Shown: positions 18,380 to 31,230 of the stretch, in pieces
How positions within the stretch are numbered: the stretch's first letter is position 1
How the letters are laid out: every line of letters starts with the position of its first letter
Source: Paragordius varius
Taxonomy: Eukaryota; Animalia; Nematomorpha
Length of the DNA: 64,000 bases
Assembly: GCA_964247055.1 (NCBI GenBank)
Contig: OZ176053.1
Coordinates: 11,408,001-11,472,000 of the forward strand
Direction of reading: 5' to 3'
The notes under the pieces: generated by a model
What the model saw: the letters and a program-made list of their open reading frames with translations, nothing else
What the model was told of the DNA's origin: nothing
Databases searched by the model: none
Position numbers and translations under genes: made by a program

Positions 18380-21225
18380 TCATAAAAGAACTTTAAATAA
18401 AATGTTGTTATTATTAATTAGAATGAAAAAACAAAAAATTTGGGTTTTACCCAAAGTATGTTGACGCATATATTTATAACGTTTTCGCATTTCCTTAAAC
18501 GACCCCATAATAATTGAGTGTGGCTGATGTATGGCCAGACATTCCACAAATTTCGGTGCAATAACGTACTTTGATCGTATTTTATGTGGGTAAAATCCAT
18601 CCTGAGGTCTTATTGGACCGTAGTGAGCTAACAAAGATTTGCTGTAGATTTTTGTCAAAACATCAAAATATTGAGATTCATTGATTGTATTTAATTTGGT
18701 GCCTATATTATTTGGGATTTTTGTTCGGTTGATGTACCAATAATTAGAATGATTTTTACTCCTTTCTATAGGAGTGTCCATATAACGGCTTTGAAATAGA
18801 AAACCACAGACATGGTCCGAATTTGCGTTGAAAGTCATTTTGTGTTTATCCATTCCTTTACCTTCAATAAAATGGACATGTCTCAGTAGTTTAGTTAATA
18901 GTACTTGGTATGTCGAGGCATCTACTTCATTGTATAACATTTCGTCCACATCATGAAAAAGTATATAATCAGCTATATTTAGTAGATAAAATATGTAAAA
19001 AAATTCAAATCAACATTCGTTAGTATAATTTTATACCATTGTCTAATCCATTACGATACAGACAATCTTGAATATGTGCCACTTGCCCATGATAATGAAT
19101 CCGTCCCCTAACTTGATCAGGCAAATTCCACTGTATCGATTCGATTCGAAATAAATTTCCATTTTCATTTTTGTATGATTGGCTTACATAGTATTGAATA
19201 AGTTGGTCAAACAAGGTTATATGTGAGTCTTTTTATATATTATAAAAATATTAATATAAAAATGTAAATCCCTCTTTATTAAGTGAAATGGAATATTGGT
19301 CAAATTATCAATAAAGTTGACCGATCAATAATCGATCTGACCGCCTCTGAATGCAGTGATTCCTGCTCATTCACAATCAATTAATACCACAATACAAAGA
19401 TAGTTATTAATGAAACAAGTTCAAAACGAATCAAAGTGGTAATTATTGTAAAATTTAATAATAAATATCAAACATCATAAGATTTAGGAATTATTTTATT
19501 AAATACTATTTAAATATATGTTATATTATTCAAATAAATATATGTTTTTCGACATATTTTATGAAGGCAATCACAGTCACGGTCATGATTGCATCCATAA
19601 CAATCTGCCACACATAATCAACTTTTTATATTGGATAGTATTCCATTTAATTCGATTTGTGATCATTCAATTCAAAAATTAATTTAATATAAATTTTTAA
19701 GGTTGTGTACTCTCAAAATAGCAAACAAATTTTGGGTTACTTTATAAATTCTAATGCTTTAATACGCATCAATGAATATAAATTAACCAGGCATCGATTC
19801 CATATAAAGTGTAATCTTATTAGCACCCATTATGCGATTCCACTCAATTGTTTGCATAGTTTGTAAAAAGAAGAACAATAATTGATTAGCAGCACCAAAA
19901 AACGGAGGTATACAGACATGAATTTTAAACCGATTTTTTCCTACAACCCTACATACATATAGAAATTTTTAACGCTAAAACAAACATTAATTAACATAAT
20001 AACATAGTTTTATTAGTTTAAGATCTTAAAAAAAGTAGGTATTTTTAAATGGCATTGACTATAATATTTAATTGATTTAAACAAGGACAAAAAAATAACA
20101 ATACTAAAAATATATGTGAGAATAATAATTTCGGGTCCTAGACTCCGTTGAAATATTGATTGATTTTTTTATTGCAAAAAATCATATATTAAAATATTTA
20201 CTAATATATTAAAATAGACAAAAAAACATATATGGATATACGTTCTAACTTTTTACTTGTCTCATTAGCGATTCCAGCGGTTTTTGTCACATGCAAGAAT
20301 TTCAATGGGTTTAATTGATTTATTATGTATAGAAAAGGGTATTCACCAATTATATCCATTTCGATTTCCAATAACCACCAATAAAGTTGCCCATACTTAT
20401 CATATCTGACTGTTTGTTTGGCATTATATGCCGGGGTCATGGATAAAGCAATATTTTGATGAATGGTTTTGAGAGTAGAAATACTTTGATAATCGTATAA
20501 TGCAACACCTATAGGAGTTAATGCATCATTTGTGTGATATGAAGACGTAGAGTTTTCATTGAAACGTGTTGGACAATAAATAATGGATGTTGTAAAAGGA
20601 TGTCCATGGTTTTCAGGTAATTCTCTACGAAACAAAGGGCTGAATGCAATTTTTAACACTTTTTTAGGATTTTGACCTTTTTCAGAAGTTCCTTGCCATG
20701 CCTCTAATAAAACCACACACCATAACGGATATAAATCAGGATGTGTATCAGAATAAGGCGAATACTGCATATCAAAATATTTTACATGACTAATCATTGC
20801 ACATATGTTAGTAGCAGACAAGATTTTAGCGTAGATTAACTGCACGTATGCAATCAATTTGTTAATGTAGCATGAAATTCGGTACAATATATTCCATACT
20901 TCATAGATCAATCTCGTATGATTTTCGCGAAACCGTCTACCCCTGTTAGTTTTAGTAATAGCTATTATTCTTATAACATTTTCTCCCAAAAACTTATTAA
21001 AGTTTTCTAAAGGTTTAGTCAGTTTGTTTGTGTCATAGTATGCTGAAAATGCATAAACTTGGCCCATGGAGTGCTGCTTTGATTTTAATGCTAGATTGTG
21101 CCATGTTTCGTTTGGTTCATAAAATTGGAAAAATTGTGTGATGGATTCTTTTTTTACATTATTAATATTTTTGGACAAATGATCAAGGTATAAAAAATCA
21201 CTATTTAGATTCCCAAATTCGTTAC
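18380..21225 (-). CDS. Glycosyltransferase family 92 (DUF23) protein. The 5' exon(s) are unresolved.
   Basis: Exons are about 21225-20250, 19940-19788, 19228-19037 and 18972-18380. Motifs are VYAFSAYYD, VIRIIAIT, ENHGHPFTTSIIYCP, VCIPPF..IEWNRIMGA..LY, WNLP..IHYHGQVAHIQDCLYRN, the DxD motif HDVDE, and SKYVIAP..IHQ. Confidence 0.82.
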
Positions 21226-21273
21226 CTATCGGGGTTAAAAATAAATTTAAAATTCACAACCTTATAGAATATA

Positions 21274-22446
21274 CCAGGTGTATTTATAAATATATACCGT
21301 TTTTTTGGTGTGTAAACATGTAATTTTTAAGGGAAATTATTGATATAATTAATCGTAATATTATCCATCGGTTATATACATGTCACCCATCTCACATGTA
21401 ATATATGAATGGCAGAAAAACTGTTTTAGCGGTAAACCATTTGTCCAGCCTTTTTCAAAGTTTTTCCAAATATTGAAGTGTTGCTCTTCAAAGATGTGTC
21501 CCATTGATGTGAAGAGATAAATTAGATGGCATCAGGTCAGGAATGTACAGCGGATCCATAACAAGTTTCCATTGAAGCAATTTTAAGGTGTCTTTCACTA
21601 ATTTTGTCGTGTGAGATGGTGTATTGTCATGCAGCAAAATCACTTTTTATGTTTTCCGGCCCATTCCGGTCGTTTTTCGATTAATGCCTGGTTTAAATTA
21701 ATAATTTGGCGATTGAGTTGTATAGCAGACTTCAGAATTTAATCATACCAGAAACATATCATGGTGTTTTTGCCGAACGATTCGGCCTTGGTATTGATGG
21801 ATCGGCTTGGAATGAAAGCCGTGACTTTTCCGCTTTGCATTTACAAAAAAGGTCACTTCTCTCACCCGTCGCAATCGGCGCAAAAATGATTCCTTTTGTG
21901 GACGTTGTTAAATCAGGATTTTAAAAGTTTTTGCGATATTAGATTTGACGGTCATTCAGTGGAGCACATTTACCGAATTTATTAGTCTTTTCCACTGATA
22001 TTGTAGCGTCGACAGATTGATCTAACACTTCTGCCGATTGCCATTTGCGTTGATGTCGTCCAATAACTCTTACAGTTTATCGTCTGCAAACTTGTGTCGT
22101 CTGCCAGAGCGCTGACTCTCTTTTACATTAAAATCCGAAAAATTTCAAAATCACGTTTCAGTCGATGGAGCATGTATACCATATGTTGGTGCCAGCAAAC
22201 AATGACTACCCTTTTTTAAATGAAATGAGAAATGCAATGCGCAACACCAATGTTCTTTTTCATGCACAAATATCGACATGATTACTAAATGATAAAAATA
22301 AGGCGCTACCTTTTTGGCGGACTCTAATTTAGCGTGTTTGTATATTAATTTTAGTAGAACAAAATGGGGTCTGTATCAAATTAAGCGTTACTTTTCGCTG
22401 ACGTATTCTCCTATTTAAACTTATAATAACTTAAGAATACATCTGG
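21274..22446 (-). mobile_element. Decayed full-length mariner transposon, Mos1/mauritiana-like
   Basis: The termini are TA|CCAGGTGTATT and AATACATCTGG|TA. A broken transposase starts at ATG 22279 and reads MSIFVHEKEH..FHLKK, PNR.GK.TMIC, IINLNQALIEKRPEW, LLHDNTPSHT, YIPDLMPS and RW.TCI.TDG. Confidence 0.88.
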
Positions 22447-25039
22447 TAAATAATAAAAAAAACTGCCATACATCAACCCAAAAAACTCGAAATTGATTAA
22501 ATAGTAACAATAGTGCTAATGATAGGCCAAATTCTAAAATATACATTTGCCCTTTTAGGCGCATTATACAAAAAATATTTTTACGTGAGTAAACTGAAGA
22601 ACTATCTAAAAGTTTTAGCCGCCAATGTGTATATGAATATATATTATGATTAAGAATTAAATTTAAAAATTTTGACATCAATAATTTATATTAACTAATA
22701 TTATATAAATATTGTAATCTAAACTTTATAGCTTATACTGGTGAATATGATTTAATTTTAATTATTAATAATTTTTCAAAAATACCATTTATTTAATTAT
22801 TTATCAACGGATTCGATATTTTTGAAAATTGAGACATAAATATAAAAGGAAGGATTTTTTTTGCAAAATATCAAATGTTTTACAACCCATTATATATCTT
22901 TGGTATGATATGACGAAAATACATGTTTTGATAATCAGCTGTTTATCATAGTTTGGTTTTGGATATTTAGTATACTTATATGTTTGATCTTAATTGTTAA
23001 GTCTATTATAATCACACTCTAAATAATTTTGATGAACCGAATCAAATTAATCAATATTTAATCAACATTTATATTTATAACCTTAGTTAAATCATATAAT
23101 ACATAAATATATTACATACTGTAACTGTTGAATGTATTAATTTTTATGTAGTAAATTAAATCTCCTTGAAAGTTGGATAATAATATGAATAAGAATGTTA
23201 AAATAATTGCATATATCCAAATATATTTCAATTTGTTTGTTGATAAAATTAATTGTTTTGCATGCATCCTTTTTATTAATGCACCATGTTATCGAATAAA
23301 TATCACAAAATCACCTTTGGCGTCTTGAAATAAATTAGGTTTTAAACGGATTAATTTTAAAATTAAATAAATTTAGACTAACTAGAAAAGTAACTCATGT
23401 GCAAAAATAAAGGCCAGTAAACAAAATACAAACAAATGAATACATTTATAATGTCTACAATGCTAAAATTAAATAAAAATTGGCATATTATATAAATATA
23501 GTATGCACATTTATATTGGCCAATTGGTGATACAGTAGCGTGTGATATCAAATTTTTTTTCGCAATTCAATTAACAAATTTATGTTGCTAGATGGAAAAA
23601 ATGTTTAATTTCAACCATTTGTCATATTTAATTCTACGCTAGTGAATTTCTAACTGAACAAAAATAATGTGAACCCAATATAAATGTGCATACTATATTT
23701 AAAAACAATTACATTGCACACATACTGTGCCCAAAATTTTATAATATATGAAAAACCAAGAGTTTATAAATATAATTGTAATCTCACCTTTTATCATTTT
23801 ATTTAGCATATGTGTAACTAGAGATTCGAGACCCATACTTTTTTATTTTCATCAACTAATGCCACCTGCACATCTTTCCTTATTCTAATTATTAAAATTT
23901 ATTCGCATACCAATTATCTTTTATGAGGGATCAAAGCATTGAACTCGTACCCTTTAGTCTAAGTTTGGCGAAGTTAGAACATCAAAGCTGCAACAATTTT
24001 TATTCTTAGTCCAAAAAAGGTTAGTTGTAAAGCCATCAATTTTAGTCAGCTAATTGCAAAAAGCGGCTTTTTGACATACAGATAAATACAGGTAAAATCA
24101 TTCAAGTTTGTGAATATTTATGTAGATTTTATATTTTTTCATGATTTGAAATGTTAATTATTATTAAAAAATAATAAATTTTTCAAATATTGATAATAAC
24201 ATTTAAATATATTTTTTTGACATTTCATTTTTTTTGTTTTTTTGCTTTACATTGTTGATTGCTATTAATTATGATATATTTTTTCGATTAGCACAGGTAA
24301 AACTATGTGATATTACTCTTTTTATTATATTGTTAAAAAATTTGATTTTTGCTTTTTTTAGTTATCATCATTGAGTAAAATTAGTACAAATAAAAATATT
24401 GCGGTTTTTAAAAAATTAAGTATTTTAATTTTTTGTTAAACCTTGCTAATTGTTATTAATTACCAAATATTGACATCCACAAATACAGTTAAAAATAAAT
24501 ATTATGCGGTTTTTATAATTATTTGTTATTGTATAACATTGTTAATTATGTATTATATATTTTTGACATATCTTTACAGTTAATAATTACATGTTGTGGT
24601 TTTATGTTTAAGATTTTAATTATCAAAATACAACAATACATATTTTAACAACCACCTTATGCCATCAATATTTAAATTTAAATTGATTACAAAAAAGACC
24701 AAGATACATAAACCATCATTATAGAGTAATAGCTGTCACGCTCCGTGTGACGTAGTCTCACCGATAATTATTCTTAATAATTTGCAATAAATAGAGGAAA
24801 GATAAAAAAAATAATAAAAATATTTATTAAAAAGAATGTCTTTAATTATTCTTTTACGGTTGCATGGGCTATTTTTTACTCGAAATTGACCATATTTAAA
24901 CTGTCCTTTATCAAAGTTAATATTCAATTATCATTGGATTTATTTAAGGATATTCGTTTTACGAAATCATGGTTAAAAGTTTTATTTTTTTGTGTTCACG
25001 CAGCTGGTGTCAAGGGATATAAAAAGTAAATCATTTGTG

Positions 25040-26040
25040 ATCCATTTTTTAAAGAAAGAATGATTATACAAATTCCTCAGAAATGTGTTTAACTGAACTC
25101 GTATTGCTTCTTAAGTTTCTTGAAAATTAGCTCCAAAACCACGCCATTTTTGTATGGCATCTCTAAACCGGTAGACCCCTACCCATAAACCTACATGGAA
25201 AAAGCGCCGAGTTAAATTCTTTGCCCTTATAGGGCAAATATTTGAAATCATCTTTAATACCATCGTCTCATGGGCTATTCGAAAAAATACATTAAATAAT
25301 CTTTATATGGTGGCGTAATTTTAGGGCTATAGCCTTAAATTGCTTATTTACAAAAGCCCGACCTTAATTTTTATCTAGTTACGGGTAATATTTCAAGCTT
25401 TTAATGAGCTCATAAGACTTTATAAAATTTCTGTAAATTAGCTCCAAAACAATGCAATTTCTATATAGTGGGGCGGTTTTTGGCGGGTAGCTCCCTACCC
25501 AGGGGCAGGTTTTAAAAAAGCGTTGGGCAAAATTTTTGCCTTTATATGTGGAATATCTGGAATTATTATGGATTCCATATGTTCCTATTAGTCTCTTAAG
25601 TTTTCTAAAAAATGGCTCAAAAGGCATGCTGTATCGATATGGTGACGCGGATTTAGCGGGTAGTCCCCTAACCAGTGGCGAAACAAAAAACGCTCGATTA
25701 AAAATTTTGCCTTAATTCGGGCAATACCTGGAATGGTGATTGATTTCATATGCTCTCGTGGAATTTTGGAGAAATCGCCTCAAAACCAAAAAGTCATTCA
25801 ATGCGCATTTTTCAGGGCAAGGGCCTAATTAAGGAGTAATTTAATAAAACCGCTCTACTTGAATTTATGTCTTTGTAATATATTAAGCCCTATTTGAACT
25901 CATGGCCTGATATGTTTTCTTAAAGTTGCCTTTGAAGTTACGTTGTATCGATATGGTGGTGCAGTTGTTGGCGGGTAGCTCCCGACCCAGAGGCTGATAC
26001 AAAAAAGCGATCGATTAAAATTTTTGAAATTTATGCCATA
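25040..26040. repeat. Degenerate array of ~150-165-bp monomers, collinear with 34500-35400
   Basis: The motifs GGCG..TTTT..GGGTAG..CTACCC..AAAAAGCG..AATTTTTGCC recur. The same monomer order appears in the second locus. Confidence 0.75.
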
Positions 26041-26084
26041 GTTTTATAAAATATCCCAAAAATGCAAATCCATCTGACCAACTT

Positions 26085-26520
26085 TAAAAAATATGGAAGG
26101 AATCTAAACCATGGCAAAATTTTGCACTTATGTAACAAAAACCGATATAAAAAATTTTATTCAAAAATACTTGATATTACTTATTTTAATGTAATAACGT
26201 AACATACGTGCAATGTGCTAAATAAAAAAAACCACTTTTTCTATTTCAATCAATGTTAGATGTAATTTAAATAAAAATTTAGCTTTAATTACCTTTAAAA
26301 TTAAATAAACACGATGTCTTGCAAACATTTTGTAAAATTAAATGGCGTCAAGTAGTTTGACATGGAATTTTTTTAGCGAAATTTTTTTAGATATCGCTTT
26401 TTTATATGATTTTTATTAGGATAAAAGCATAAATTAAATTAGGACCGTTTCCTTCATTAGTTTTTAAAATATTAATTTAAATTAAGTCTGAGTATTTAGA
26501 TATCCCAATTTAAATCCAAG
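26085..26520. repeat. Copy of the left arm interior of the 16707-17952 foldback element
   Basis: GGAAGGAATC.AAACCATGG.AAAATTTTGC..TTAT through GACCGTTTCCTTC matches about 16800-17240. Confidence 0.7.
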
Positions 26521-26745
26521 TGTTAAATGGAGTCAGATAAAGCAGACAATATTTTTTAAATATTTTCGTAAGCAGCCGCGTTTTAGCCGGCTCTAATCCG
26601 TAAAAACCAAACAATCTAGGATTAATTTATTTATGCAAACTAACATCACAATTAATAGTTTATATATGAAATGGATACACACACAAAAATTATTTCTATT
26701 TGTGGTAAATTGAAATAAAAATTATCATACAAATTTTCCTTATTA

Positions 26746-29074
26746 TTATAAAGGTGTTATTACATTTTGTCTATTTGTACAGCTATTATGGTTATTACCA
26801 CCACCATTCATCAAAATTGTTTTCATTTTGTGAAAAAAGTTTGTGTAAAAGTTGACATCATAGTACAAGGGGACAATGGATGCAAATATGAAATATAAGA
26901 AATCAAACGCTATGAGTACATTTATAAAAACACGATATCTAAACTGTAGATTTGATTTCGTGAGAAATCGATAATAATTGCCCAATACCCCGATCGCGAT
27001 ATCAGGTATCAGGCTTGCGCAATAAAATAGGATTAAAACCAAATTTAATTTATAACTCATTTCGTATTTGGTTGGTCGTAAACAGATACGTTTATTTGCA
27101 GCATCGGTCAAACAATTATTATCATGATTATGACCATTAGATTTGGCACCCGATGGAGACGGGGTTGGAGTTGCCGACCCATTTACACGTTTGTTTTTTA
27201 ATATCAGTGTAGATTTTATGCCAAAATACAGAATAATTAGCGTTGGTATAGTTGTCATGAACAGTAAAAAGCTATTGTAGTAAAATATGCGGTTAGTTCC
27301 CCAAGAATAAAAATACCAGACACGGTCCTTGGCCAAGCATTTATGAGTCGTTTGTCCATAAGCAAAATGCAAAAGAGTCAAAAATGTGGTGATTATAATG
27401 AATAATGGTATGAGATTTATTGTGATATTTTTCGTTACTTTGTGATAATATATGGGATAAACCAATGCCACATATCTATATCAATTATGAATATAAGTGA
27501 AAAATTAAACTTCTTGGATGTGGGTTTATCGAAAATTATTGACCCCGCCTTGATAACATAAAACTTGAAATGGTCAAAATTAAGAGTTTTAGTTATATAT
27601 CCATGTATTTTATATCATTCGAAAGGGCGCAAAAGACTGAATCTTTCGAATGGTATTTAGTGTCATTTAAATTATTCTAATGTACAAGATATTTCGCTTG
27701 TTAAATTTTCAACCCATAAAAATGTCAAATCAGAGACAAACAAATTTAATATCATATAATTATTTTAATATAATTATTCGGGTTACATTAGTATAATATT
27801 TAAGAATTTTTTAGTTAGCTTTTTTATATAAATCATTATTATTAAAGTTATTTTACACAGTGGAAACTAAAATTGGATTTTATAATTAAAAGACTTCTAA
27901 AGAAAAATGAGATAGTAATTTTAAAAAAACAAAAAATTAATAATGGGTGTTTTGGATAACCTAAAAACATTAAGTGGTTTAATCAAAATAGTTTTGAGTT
28001 ATAATTTTAGATATTCATAACAATATCTATCAAAGTTTTAAAAATTTATTTATTGACAAAAATGTTCTACAAGTTCTAATCTCCTATATTAACTATCAAT
28101 GTAAAACATAAGTATGCATTATATTACAAATGGGCATTTGTTGTTTGAAAGAAAAATATTTTTAGTTAAATTTTGATAAAGAGGGCCCATAATCATAATA
28201 AAATTAATATAATAATTCTTAAGTAGTAAAAAATTCAAATACTTGAATGGCTGAAAAATATGTTGTCTAGTGTAATCTTTAAATAAGAAAAAATAACTAG
28301 ATACAATATGTGTGAATTTAACAATCTAACATTGGTTAGTTCCCATTATTGTAACTTTATAATTAAAATTAAATAAGGTTTCAATAAATCTATTATCAAA
28401 TAATTGTTAACATGTTTATATTATATCTTTAAGGTTGTTTCTCCAAGATCTCGCGCCACCCCCTAGATTTCTTTAGGCCTCCTTTGGGGAGCGTTGTCCC
28501 CCAATTGGGAGCCACGCTTAAAGCTTTTTAACATGTTCGAGGAAACCAGTCCTATAAAAATTTTTTTGCGCAAAGGTCTAAAATACAAAAACCTGTTTAT
28601 CATGAGAAGGGCAAAACAAAAATGTGTGCTATTATAGATCGTTTTAGCTATCATGTCATTTGCAATGTCGGCTATCAATGATGCATACGTATAGTTTGTA
28701 ATAAAATCATAATAAAATGGATAACTAGTTTGAATTCTGGCCATTATTGTTAAGACATTTACAATGTTAAGTAGAGCTATATAAAACCAGATAACATACG
28801 TCGGCCGTAATAAAAAATGAGGGATATTGAGGCATAGAACAGTTATTAGAGCCGCATTCAAACACAATCCAACAAAGCATACAGAATGTGTAACTATGTA
28901 TACATAGAAGAAAAAGGTTTCATAGTTTACGAAACTTGGACATATCTTTATATTTTTGTTAAGAGCCGATGGATAAAAATATGTTTCATTAATACCGGTT
29001 AAATTTTTTAAAATCAATTGGCTGAAATTGAAGTAAGGGTATTGAAAAGTGGAATTAACCAAAACTTGCATCAT
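26746..29074 (-). CDS. Divergent rhodopsin-class (7TM) GPCR, two coding exons, ~403 aa
   Basis: join(29074-28593, 27475-26746) gives 1212 nt. It has N-terminal N-glycosylation sequons, TM1 GLCLN, an NRY motif spanning the splice junction (MINR|YVALVYP), and TM6 LIP among seven hydrophobic segments. Confidence 0.85.
27555..28272. mobile_element. Older, partial copy of the CACTRGACAA MITE, in the GPCR intron
   Basis: It is collinear with 30300-31230 and ends TTGTCTAGTG|TA. Confidence 0.7.
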
Positions 29075-30107
29075 TTTGGCATTTTTCTAATGAAAAAACA
29101 TTATTTTGTGTGGCACCTCAATATTGATTAATTATTTGTCACGTAAATAGTTGTACATATCCCTACTATGAAATTAGTTTGGCAATCAACCTTCATTTTA
29201 ATTAAAAATTAATAAATAAAATTTCCATAATTATACCAGAAAATTTATAATTAATATATAGAGATTTAAGGTTAATAAATAAGATATTGCGGTTCATTTA
29301 TACTTTTTGGATATCAAATATCATGGAAGATGGATTTTTATAATAAAAAAATATAAATCGAAAGAACAGAAATTACGGATATAATTTTAACAGGCTATAG
29401 GGCAAAACTCATTCACAATTCATATTAAATTAATTTATGGTAAAATATATAATAAATTTAATTATGCATTATTATTTTTAAATAACTGAAATATTTCAGC
29501 GCATGCACACATAGGAGAATTATATTATCAATCTATTGCTAATTTAGGGAAAAAATTTTAGAGCATTGAAATTTAGCCATGGAACCACGAGGATATACAT
29601 AAAATAAATTGACTCAAAATTATTTAATTACATACACAAAATATTTTATATTTTAACCTATTATTATTGCAAAGATTGCGATTACTTTAACATACCAAAT
29701 TTGAGGCTGCAAAAGTTTTGTTAAATATACCCAAAATACGGACTTTTTCTCAATTGTTTCCAAAAGTATTTTTGGATTCTTAGGGCCCAATTTTCACTCT
29801 AAAAATATTTTATTACAACATTCGGTGCTTCATATTGGCATGTAAGCCCGGAAAAGTTGATTTCAAAATAGAATAATATTTTAGACAATGTTAATCCAGC
29901 ATATTTGCAGGAAAATACACTAGGATATGTTATAAGTTTAGCGGATTCGCTGTCAAGATACATAGTGTTTACACAAAATATCCTGATGAATCATATATAT
30001 ATTCTGATAGGAAAATAAATAGGAATTATCAGGGTCATTTCACTTTTATTTGCTTCTTTACAATAATTTAAGAAAGTTATTTACACATTTGTGGTAAGTG
30101 CTCCATA

Positions 30108-31230
30108 CACTAGACAACAAATTTTAACTTTTTTTAACTGCCATTCTTGTAAATTTAAAATTTATTTCATTCAAGTACATAATTAATATATCTGAAAAGA
30201 AAATTGGTCTAGCATAGAAGAATTTTTTTATATTAGAGTTTATCGATAATTTTTGGCCCCGATTTAACATTAAACTCGAAATTTCGAAAATTAAAAATTT
30301 TAGATATGAAGCCATGTATTTTATATCATTTGAAAGAGCGCAAAAAACTGCATCTTTTAAATGATAGTAAGTCATTTAAATCAATCGGATATAAAAGTTA
30401 TTTGGATTTAAATGGTCAAAATTTTCAATCCTTAAATAAGTCAAGAATTTTCACAGACAAATTAATTTAAAAATCATATAAATTATTTTAATATAATTAT
30501 TAGGGTTATATTAATATTTAATTTTAAAAAAAATGTTTGAAAAAGCTTTTGGTTTGCTTATTTAATAAAATTATTATTATCATAAATATTTTACCTAGTG
30601 GATACTAAAATGCATAGTTATAACTGTAAATTTATTACATAATGGCTATAAAAGATCAAAAATACCTTAAACTTTGTTTTTATCTTTAAAATTTCGAAAT
30701 TATCAGCCTTATAAAGAAAATAAATTAATATTGATGAGATGGTAATTTTTAAAAAACAAAAAACTTAAAAATGGTTGTTTTGAGTGACTAAAAGCAATAA
30801 AAAATGTTTTAATCAAAAAAACTTTCTTGTGTTATCTTTTTTGGACATTCATCACCATCTAAACAAAGTTTGAGCTATTTTCATCCATTTGTTTTAAAAA
30901 TATAATAATTAAAAAAAATGCTCTCGCTTCGCGCGTTTGTCGCTCTTTGTGTCCAATATTAACTGTCGATGTAATACATATTAGTATGCATTTTATAGAG
31001 TTTTTATTACTCTTTCGAATGATATATTACAAATGGGCATTACTTGTATATTTTGAAAGAAAAATATTTTTTAGTAAAATTTTGATAAAGAGGGCGCATA
31101 ATCAAAAAAATCAAATTATACAAAATTCTTCCAACGAGTTATAATTTTTTTTTCAGATTTACTGTTAAAATGATACTAAATGTCAGAAAATTCAAAAAAC
31201 TCGAGTGGCAGAAAAATTTGTTGTCCAGTG
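30108..31230. mobile_element. ~1.1-kb MITE with CACTRGACAA terminal inverted repeats
   Basis: It runs TA|CACTAGACAA ... TTGTCCAGTG and is the reverse complement of 14447-15562. Confidence 0.85.

Noticed and set aside
22421-22681. ORF with a hydrophobic stretch as the missing first exon of the GT92 gene
   Set aside because: I found no GT donor in the phase needed to join the acceptor at 21225, so it is left unassigned.
29970-30020. Hammerhead-like CTGATGA..GAAA here, and CTGATGA near 9196
   Set aside because: Stem II is not directly followed by GAAA, and no convincing stems I and III or cleavage triplet could be built.
15297-31144. Near-identical small ORFs [11 protein letters not shown].. 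at 15297-15488 and 30124-30375, plus 30947-31144
   Set aside because: They lie inside copies of the same non-coding MITE, so the similarity reflects the repeat rather than a gene family.
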